Positions 55,031 through 64,000 of a stretch of 64,000 bases of DNA are shown one piece after another. Within the stretch, counting starts at the first letter, position 1. Each line of letters begins with the position of its first letter. The stretch comes from Chrysemys picta bellii (Eukaryota): assembly GCF_011386835.1 (NCBI RefSeq), contig NC_088804.1, positions 11,842,001 through 11,906,000 on the forward strand, in the 5' to 3' direction. The position numbers and the translations under genes were made by a program. The notes beneath the pieces are model-generated. The model did not search any database, was not told the origin of the DNA, and worked only from the letters and a program-made list of their open reading frames with translations.

Positions 55031-57512
55031 AAGAATTCTGCTATATTGGAATTGGTTTAATGTTGAACCAAGCCAAAATATTTTGATTTACAAATGGTGA
55101 ACCATATCATTTTGACTAAAAATGTCTAAAAAAGTATTTCAACATGTCCAAATTAAGTTTTTGAGTTTTGCCTGAACATTTTCAGTTAAAATTTTTTGGT
55201 TGTTCTGCTCTTTGATTATAAGTCTAAATTTTCTGCAGAAACCAGTCTTTTTTCATAAAACAAAAACTAACTTTTCTATTGAAAAACATCTGGAATGGAA
55301 AAACGTCAACCAGTTCTACTGGTGATTCCCTTGCATTGCTATCCTATGGGTTAGGTGACCAAGCCTAATGACTCCGTGTAGCTTCCGAAGAAGATATATT
55401 TTATTCCTACACCATCAGTCTGTAGTATCTCTTGATTAGCTTAGATAGGTTCTACAAGATCTGCAAAAATCGTTATTTTACTATTTTGGCAGCTTTCTGT
55501 CTCTCTTGCCTTCAGGGATCTGTTGTAGTTTCTAAAGGAGATACATTAGTTATGTTATGTTAATAATTTATTATTACTATATTATTTAAGCATGTTACAT
55601 TTAAATAAATTAAATATAAGTTAAAATGTTAGTGAGATTAGCTCAAAACTCTCTTTGGTACCCATCCTACCAACTACTGCTCTGAGTTCATGTCACGGCA
55701 GTTGACTCCACATTGAAGTGGGGGGGGGAAATATGATGCTGAAACAACCGCAAGGGAAAATATGACTAGCAAGATTTGCACGAGTTTTAAAGCGGAGTGA
55801 AGGGGGAAAGTGAAACTATTTGAATATAATCAATACCATTAACTAGCAATTACTGGCTGTGGAAAGGACCGAACCTATGCTCCATAATCTCTCCACCCAT
55901 GCCCTATCCTCGTGGCATTTTAACTTCTCCCAAGCGCAAAAAGGGAAAGGACGGGGCCGGTAATTCAGACTTTCCTGTCACTAAAGAGGGAAAAATATCC
56001 TTCTTAAAGATATTAATTGTAACAGGGTGGAGATACATGGTATTAAAAACTGACAAACAAAAACCCCAAAATACACCAGTGTCTGACACATCCAGGCCTA
56101 GCAGACACTAAATAATTTTTGCATTAAAATTATATGATGACAGAGGTTGAGTGTGTAGAAAATATTTAGGTCACCTCCCTGACTTAAATGGAACTGCTTT
56201 TAAAAGTTGTTTAAACAAAGCTATGCATGGCAGTATATGCCCCTTTTATACATATTAGGATAACTGCAGGTATGGAGGTAACGGATTTATTAAAAAAATC
56301 AAGAACCATCCCAGCCCTCAGCCCAGATCCCCAAATAATCTTTTATTCAGTTCACAAAATAAATAAGTAAACTACCTTTATACATACATACTCACCCCTT
56401 CCCAGTCCCAAAGAGGCATATGATTCCTACCAATGCTGAAATCCATCTTTGAGCACCAGCAAATCTAAACACCTACTCTGGGTTGGCTGCTTTCCTGAAT
56501 GTTGCGAGTTCCAGAGACCACCCATCTTAACTTCCTGTCTTCTTCATGCCTTCTTCCATTCAGCTGATCCCATCCTAAGAAAACCCACCACACTGCAACA
56601 AAAATCACGGTACATTTGCTGCCATCACACTGCTCTTCCTGCTTGTGGTTTATACAACTTTTGCCATCTTTTGCTGCCTTGTCTATTTAGTAGTAAGCTG
56701 TTTGTCTAACCTGTTCTTAAAATCCTCCAATGATAGACATTGCACAAACTCCCTTGGAAGCCTATTCCAGTACTTAACTATCCTAATAGAGAGTTTTCCT
56801 AACTCCTCTTAGCTTGGTGTCATCCACAAATTTTATAAGCATACTCTCCACTCCATTATCCAAGTCATTACTTAAAATGTTGAATTGTACTAGACCCAGG
56901 TCTGATCCCTGTAGGACCCCACTAGATAGATCCTCCCACTTTTACAGGGATCTATTTATAACTACTCTGAGTACGGTCTTTCAACCAGTTTTGTACCCAC
57001 CTTATAGTAATTTAATCTAGACCACATTTCCCTAGTTTGCTTATGAGAACGTCATGTGTGACTGCGTGAAAAGCCCCACTAATACCAAGATATATTCTGT
57101 CTACTGCTTTCCTCCCATCCAGTAGGACAGTAATCCTGTCAAAGAAGGAAATTAGGTTGGTTTGGCATGATTTGTTCTTGACAAATCCATCTTGCCTATT
57201 ATCTGTTATCTTATAGGTATTTACAAACTGATACTGTTCCAGTATCTTTCCAGATATTGAAGTTAGGCTGACTGGTCTATAATTCTCATTGTTCCCCTTT
57301 TTAAAAAGAGGTACTATATTTGTCCTTCTCCAGTCCTCTGGGACCTCACCTGTCCTCCATGACCTCTCAAAGATAATCACTAATATTTTCGATATTGTTT
57401 CAGCTAGTTCCTTAAATACTCCTGGGTAAATTTTGTCAGACTTTGCGACTTGAATACATGTAACTTATCTAAATATTCTTTAGCCTGTTGTTTCCCTATT
57501 CTGGCTTGTGTT

Positions 57513-57688
57513 AGAACATAAGAACATATGAATGGCCATACTGGGTCAGACCAAAGGTCCATCCAGCCCAGTATCCTGTCTACCGACAGTGACCAATGCC
57601 AAGTGGCCCAGAGGGAGTGAACCTAACAGGAAATGATCAAGTGATCTCTCTCCCGCCATCCATCTCCACCTTCTGACCAACAAAGGCT
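57513..57688 (-). mobile_element. Younger CR1 3'-end fragment nested in the older CR1
   Basis: AGAACATAAGAACATATGAATGGCCATACTGGGTCAGACCAAAGG..., closely similar to 23008-23160. Confidence 0.8.
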
Positions 57689-57850
57689 TTCACCCTTGTT
57701 GTTAATATTAACGGTGTTAAGCATCTGGTCAAAATTAACCTTTTTAGTGTCAAGTTAAACAAAATAGGTATTAAACATCTGAGCCTTTTTGATGTCATAC
57801 ATTATTACCTCTCGTTCCCCACCAACTAGTGGAACTGCACTTCCCTTTAT

Positions 57851-57947
57851 GACAGGTTTCAGAGTAGCAGCCGTGTTAGTCTGTATCTGCAAAAAGAACA
57901 GGAGTACTTGTAGCACCTTAGAGTCTCTAAGATGCCACAAGTACTCC
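57851..57947. mobile_element. 97-bp collapsed Penelope-like hairpin with 10-bp TSD, nested in CR1
   Basis: GTTTCAGAGTAGCAGCCGTG... Arms are 57901-57923 and 57925-57947. TTCCCTTTAT at 57841-57850 and 57948-57957. Confidence 0.75.
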
Positions 57948-58644
57948 TTCCCTTTATCTTTCTCTTGCTCTGAATGTATTTATAGAACCCCTTCTTATTG
58001 CCTTTTATGTGCTTTGTTAGGTATAACTAATTGTGTCCCTACCCTTTCTGATTTTGTCCCAACATGCTTTTGCTATTCTTTTGCCATGTTCCCACTTTCT
58101 GTAGGATTCTATTTTGATTTTCAGGTCATTAAAGAACTACTGATGGGGCCGTATTGGCTTTATACTATTTTTCCTATATTTTCTTTGCATTGAGATAGTT
58201 TGCTATTGTGCTTTTGTGTTGTTGTCTCTTTGAGGACTTGCCAGCTCTCCTATACTCCCTTTTCCCTCAGATTTTCTTCCCATGGGACCTTACCTACCAG
58301 TTCTCTGAGTTTGTTAAAGTCTGCTTTTGTGAACTCCATTTTCCTTACTTTGTTGCTCTCATTCTTTCCTATATTTAGAATTACATACGCTTTCACGTTC
58401 ACTTTCACCCAAATTGCCTTCTACCTTCAAATTCACAACCATTTCTTCCCTGTTAGTCAGAAGCCAGTCTAAAATGGCTGACCTCCTGGTTACTTCCCCC
58501 ACCTGCTGAACCTAGAAGTTGTCCCAAGTACAGTGCAAGAACTAAATGGAGATTTTGTATTTTGCTGTATTACTTTTCCAACAGATATCTGAGTAGTTAA
58601 AGTTGATATCTGAGGGCCCTAGACAAATGACCTACGTGGATGTT

Positions 58645-61632
58645 GACTTTAAACTAGTTTCACCGGAGGAAGGAGACCAAAGCCCTGAGGTAAGTGGAGA
58701 AATGGGATACCGGGAGGAAGCATGAGCAGGAGAGTGCAAGAGGGGAGGACTCCTGTCTCAGACTGAGAAAGCGGGACAATCAGCGTGTTATCTAAAGTGC
58801 CTATACACAAAGGCAAGAAGCCTGGGAAACAAGCAGGGAGAACTGGAAGTCCGGGCACAGTCAAGGAACTATGATGTCATTGGAATAACAGAGACTTGGT
58901 GGGATAACTCACATGACTGGAGTACTGTCATGGATGGATATAAACTGTTCAGGAAGGACAGGCAGGGCAGAAAAGGTGGGGAAGTTGCATTGTATGTAAG
59001 AGAGGTGTATGACTGCTCAGAGCTCTGGTATGAAACCTGAGAGTCTCTGGATTAAGTTTAGAAGTGTGAGCAACAAGGGTGATGTTGTGGTGGGAGTCTG
59101 CTATAGACCACCAGACCAGGGGGATGAGGTGGACGAGGCTTTCTTCCGGCAACTAGCAGAAGTTACTAGATTGCAGGCCCTGGTTCTCATGGGAGACTTT
59201 AATCACCCTGATATCTGCTGGGAGAGCAATACAGCGGTGCACAGACAATCCAGGAAGTTTTTGGAAAGTGTAGGGGACAATTTCCTGGTGCAAGTGCTGG
59301 AGGAACCAACTAGGGGCAGAGCTCTTCTAGACCTGCTGCTCACAAACCGGGAAGAATTAGTAGGGGAAGCAAAAGTGGATGGGAACCTGGGAGGCAGTGA
59401 CCATGAGATGGTCGAGTTCAGGATCCTGACACAAGGAAGAAAGGAGAGCAGCAGAATATGGACCCTGGACTTCAGAAAAGCAGACTTTGACTCCCTCAGG
59501 GAACTGATGGGCAGGATCCCCTGGGAGAATAACATGAGGGGGAAAGGAGTCCAGGAGAGCTGGCTGTATTTTAAAGAATCCTTATTGAGGTTGCAGGAAA
59601 AAAAATCCCAATGTGTAGAAAGAACAGTAAATATGGCAGGCGACCAGCTTGGCTTAACAGTGAAATCCTTGCTGACCTTAAACGCAAAAAAGAAGCTTAC
59701 AAGAAGCGGAAGATTGGACAAATGACCAGGGAGGAGTATAAAAATATTGCTCAGGTATGCAGGAGTGAAATCAGGAAGGCCAAATCACACTTGGAGTTGC
59801 AGCTAGCAAGAGATGTTAAGAGTAACAAGAAGGGTTTCTTCAGGTATGTTAGCAACAAGAAGAAAGTCAAGGAAAGTGTGGGCCCCTTACTGAATGAGGG
59901 AGGCAACCTAGTAACAGAGGATGTGGAAAAAGCTAATGTACTCAATGATTTTTTTGCCTCTGTCTTCACAAACAAGGTCAGCTCCCAGACTGCTGCACTA
60001 GGCAGCACAGTATGGGGAGAAGGTGACCAGCTCTCTGTGGAGAAAGAAGTGGTTTGGGACTATTTAGAAAAACTGGATGAGCACAAGTCCATGGGGCCGG
60101 ATGCGTTGCATCCGAGGGTGCTAAAGGAGTTGGCGGATGTGATTGCAGAGCCATTGGCCATTATCTTTGAAAACTCATGGCGATCGGGGGAGGTCCCGGA
60201 TGACTGGAAAAAGGCTAATGTAGTGCCCATCTTTAAAAAAGGGAAGGAGGAGGATCCGGGGAACTACAGGCCAGTCAGCCTCACCTCAGTCCCTGGAAAA
60301 ATCATGGAGCAGGTCCTCAAGGAATCAATTCTGAAGCACTTAGAGGAGAGGAGAGTGATCAGGAACAGTCAGCATGGATTCACCAAGGGCAAGTCATGCC
60401 TGACTAACCTAATTGCCTTCTATGAGGAGATAACTCATGGGTCTGTGGATGAGGGGAAAGCAGTGGATGTGTTATTCCTTAACTTTAGCAAAGCTTTTGA
60501 TAGTCTCCCACAGTATTCTTGCTAGCAAGTTAAAGAACTATGGGCTGGATGAATGGACTATAAGGTGGATAGAAAGCTGGCTAGATCGTCGGGCTCAACG
60601 GGTAGTGATCAACGTCTCCATGTCTAGTTGGCAGCCGGTTTCAAGTGGAGTGCCCCAGGGGTCGGTCCTGGGGCCGGTTTTGTTCAATATCTTCATTAAT
60701 GATCTGGAGGATGGCATGGACTGCACTCTCAGCAAGTTTACAGATGACACTAAACTGGGAGGAGTGGTAGATACGCTGGAGGGTAGGGACAGGATACAGA
60801 GGAACCTGGACAAATTAGAAGATTTGGCCAAAAGAAACCTGATGAGGTTCAACAAGGACAAGTGCAGAGTCCTTCACTTAGGACGGAAGAATCCCATGCA
60901 CTGTTACAGACTAGGGACCGAATGGCTAGGAAGCAGTTCCGCAGAAAAGGACCTAGGGGTTACAGTGGACGAGAAGCTGGATATGAGTCAACAGTGTGCC
61001 CTTGTTGCCAAGAAGGCTAACGGCCTTCTGGGCTGTATAATAGGGGCATTGCCAGCGGATCGAGGGACGTGATCGTTCCCCTCTATTCGACATTGGTGAG
61101 ACCTCATCTGGAGTACTGTGTCCAGTTTTGGGCCCCACACTACAAGAAGGATGTGAAAAAATTGGAAAGAGTCCAGCGGAGGGCAACAAAAATGATTAGG
61201 GGGCTGGAGCACATGACTTATGAGGAGAGGCTGAGGGAACCGGGATTGTTTAGTCTGCAGAAGAGAAGAATGAGGGGGGATTTGATAGCTGCTTTCAACT
61301 ACCTGAAAGGGGGTTCCAAAGAGGATGGATCTAGACTGTTCTCAGTGGTACCTGATGACAGAACAAGGAGTAATGGTCTCAAGTTGCAGTTGGGGAGGTT
61401 TAGGTTGGATATTAGGAAAAACTTTTTTACTAGGAGGGTGGTGAAGCGCTGGAATGGGTTACCTAGGGAGGTGGTGGAATCTCCTTCCTTAGAGGTTTTT
61501 AAGGTCAGGCTTGACAAAGAAGGACCCCTGGCTGGGATGATTTAGTTGGGAATTGGTCCTGCTTTGAGCAGGGGGTTGGACTAGATGACCTCCTGAGGTC
61601 CCTTCCAACCCTGATATTCTATGATTCTATGA
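58645..61632 (+). mobile_element. CR1 LINE with near-complete but disrupted ORF2 (APE endonuclease plus RT) and intact 3' tail
   Basis: Motifs [71 protein letters not shown] and [11 protein letters not shown], with tail GATATTCTATGATTCTATG. About four frameshifts (~59030, ~59610, ~60500, ~61045). Confidence 0.95.
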
Positions 61633-63109
61633 CTCTGTGTCCATTACTGGCAATCTTATCATGCGACCGAAGCTTTTGGTGACCATGTGATTGTTGACCC
61701 TGTATAGCAGCATTTCTTGATAAATGTGTTGTGTAATTTGTTGGATTCTATCCTAATAATGCGTCTATCAAGAAAGCCACTAAAACCTAACTAGTCCTGA
61801 TGGATTGCTGGATTCGGCTACAAATATGATCACCGCTTCACAATTTGCCAGAATAAATATAAAATTCCCAGACAAAAACTATGTTTAAGTAGAGTTAAAA
61901 GTAAGAGTAAATACCTGCAATTTAAGGTAAACTACAGGGATCTTGTAACTGTTCCAAAAATAAGCTTTATAACCCTAGGAAATTCACAGGTTAAACTTAA
62001 AAGAATTCCAAACATTTTAAGGGTAAGTACATGCAGAGTTAGGATACTCAGACAACCACTGAGAACAATGAGAGATCTTTCTCAAAATGACCACCAACTG
62101 AGGGCAGCTGTGGTTTCAGTCCCATTGAAAACAATGAAAGATGGCTGCTATTTTGAAAGAAGGCAGTTCTTTGTGGAATTCTCAGTAGGAAACTATTGTA
62201 TCCTTCAGCCTCTCCTGCAAGATAAACTTCAGCTATGAAGAATAATGAGAAAAAGTGATCATACGTCCTAAAACAAAATATTCAAATGTAAACAATGCAC
62301 AAGATTAGAGTGAGTTTTAAGTATATCAGAAGTTTGAAGGTGTTGTGTTACTGAGATCATTGAGGGAAAGAAAAAATAAAAAAGTCTGAAACTGGTTGCT
62401 AAATTTCTTTATGAACCCATAGGAATTTCAATTCCTAAAGTAATGAACAGATTTACTTGTAAATTCTCAGAAATTCATTCTGTACTCAGACTCTTCAGAG
62501 TCAGTGCTGTAGTTTTAACGAGGATACATTATATTTTTCATACATTCCCAAAAGAAGAGTTTTAATCTCTACTTCAGGTGCACAGCACAACACATCATTA
62601 ATTATGGATTTACCACTAATATCTCCATAATAGATTATAGGACAGCCAATAGCTCTGAATGCGGCTGATTCTATTCCAAGTCTGCTCTGAAATGCACTTT
62701 TTAGCATTTGTCACTCCCTGGAGGTTTCTTTTAGCAGATCAAAGAGGAGTTCCTTGAATCACCCTCTAGGGAGAGATTTTCTTTTTACATTAGTGATTTG
62801 AATAGCTTTTACTTTGATAAAGTTTCTTCACTCTCCCTCACCAGCTCTTCCTGGGTTTTTTTTCACCAGACTCTCTGTTTCAATAGCACATTCAACAAAT
62901 ACCTATGTTTTGTAGAACACTAAGTGGTAATGTGATTACAGATACCATAAGTTACCATCATTTAGTTTTATTTGTTTGATTGGTTTGGCAAACTTTCTGC
63001 CTGAAGTGTGGAACATTCATTAGGTGCTTGTACTTGTAGTGGGTTATGGAAATTATTCTATCTTATTGCCTTATGTTCTAAGCTCACAATGTGTAGCTCA
63101 CTGTGTTAG

Positions 63110-63240
63110 GGGTTGTACAAACACACCTTAGTAGATGGTCTCTAGGTTTACTTGGCCCTGCCTGAACATGGGGCGGGAGGGAAGAGGGGCCTGAACTAGT
63201 GATCTCTTGAGGTCCCTTCCAGCCTTACATTTCTATGAAC
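63110..63240 (+). mobile_element. CR1 3'UTR fragment
   Basis: GAACTAGTGATCTCTTGAGGTCCCTTCCAGCCTTACATTTCTATG. Confidence 0.6.
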
Positions 63241-63559
63241 CAGATGCTGCTTGATCTGCAAGGAAACTACACTCCTTTTCTATATGTCATGCTGCTGCTA
63301 CTACTAAACAATTAGTAGGCACTGTGGATGAAAGCTCCATTAACTATTTGATTGAAATTGCACACAACTGGAGCCTCCTTTTCAAATAAACTTCCCACTT
63401 CAGAGAGTTCTGAATTAAGATTAGGAGGTGGCATAGTTTTCCCACTCAAATGCAGGGCAAAATGCCATAGAACACATTGCTCTATGAGAAAAACTATGGG
63501 TGTATCGACACTTCAATAAAAGATCTGCAGCAAAGCCACAGTTTGTCTGAGTCAGTTGA

Positions 63560-63750
63560 CTTGGGTTCAGGGGTGTTATAAAACTGCAGTGTAGACAGTC
63601 AGGCTTGGGCTGGTACCCAGGCTCCATGAACCCCATGAGGAAGATAGGTCTCAGAGACAGGACTCCAGCCTGAGCCTGAATGTCTACACTGCTATCTTTA
63701 GCCCTGCAGCCCAAGCCCAAGCCAGTTTATCCAGGTGCTGTCACGGTGTA
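63560..63750. mobile_element. GTAGAC/GTCTAC-type MITE
   Basis: Internal inverted motifs ACTGCAGTGTAGAC and GTCTACACTGC, with CAGGCTTGGGCT / AGCCCAAGCCC. Similar elements occur at ~34875-35166, ~38220-38660 and ~43810-44060. Confidence 0.5.
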
Positions 63751-64000
63751 GAAATATCTTGTGTTGATGAGAACTAGGGATTCTAGAAATCCATTGCCAT
63801 GGAAAAATGCAAAATTTGCATTTTTACAGAGAATCTTTAATTTTTATATTTTGTAAAAAATAAAAACACATACAGTAGAACCCCGTACTTCCAATGCTCA
63901 CACAGGAGTATGGGAAATTGACGCTTCAGCCCCAGGCAGCGGGGCTCCCACAGTCAGATTTCATTTTAGTTGCGGAAAAATGCAGATTTTTATGTTTTTT

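Larger units (their letters stand above)
56700..58570 (-). mobile_element. Degraded, internally deleted CR1 LINE hosting two nested insertions
   Basis: The minus-strand ORF at 57012-57380 ([32 protein letters not shown]) has endonuclease-side homology up to ~58560. Confidence 0.8.

Noticed and set aside
1-64000. A prokaryotic-type novel system (CRISPR array, operon, defence island)
   Set aside because: The DNA is vertebrate, with spliceosomal introns and amniote retroelements. No regularly spaced repeat-spacer array or dense gene cluster is present.
45553-64000. The large first coding exon of SMPD3
   Set aside because: No long minus-strand ORF or MVLYTTPF/LQEVFD/ASKGALF motif occurs here, so it must be beyond position 64000.

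Overview
Vertebrate genomic DNA, very probably a turtle: it carries turtle-type CR1 LINEs, a tRNA-derived tortoise Pol III SINE and turtle-type Penelope remnants. It is not prokaryotic and has no CRISPR or operon structure. The only host gene I can support is SMPD3 (neutral sphingomyelinase 2) on the minus strand. Six coding exons (exons 4-9 in human numbering) lie at 45477-45552, 31664-31819, 25469-25558, 22461-22524, 16671-16833 and 13291-13392. All have GT-AG boundaries and splice into one open frame ending ...[19 protein letters not shown]. The large first coding exon lies beyond the right edge, and a ~3.3 kb 3'UTR probably ends near 10.0 kb. The rest is intronic or intergenic DNA with decayed transposons: CR1, a Vingi/Ingi-like LINE, a DIRS gag fragment, fold-back Penelope-like insertions, and hAT and Harbinger MITEs. 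Two observations stand out. (1) A 1,768-bp hAT-type element (34268-36035) has 15-bp TIRs and a perfect 8-bp TSD, but its interior is a mosaic of captured genomic DNA including a CpG-rich promoter/5'UTR-like piece, i.e. a Pack-type transposon candidate. (2) Minimal hammerhead-ribozyme motifs occur in the Penelope-like fold-backs, one (52700-52740) with an intact catalytic core. All family assignments come from recognised motifs, not database searches.
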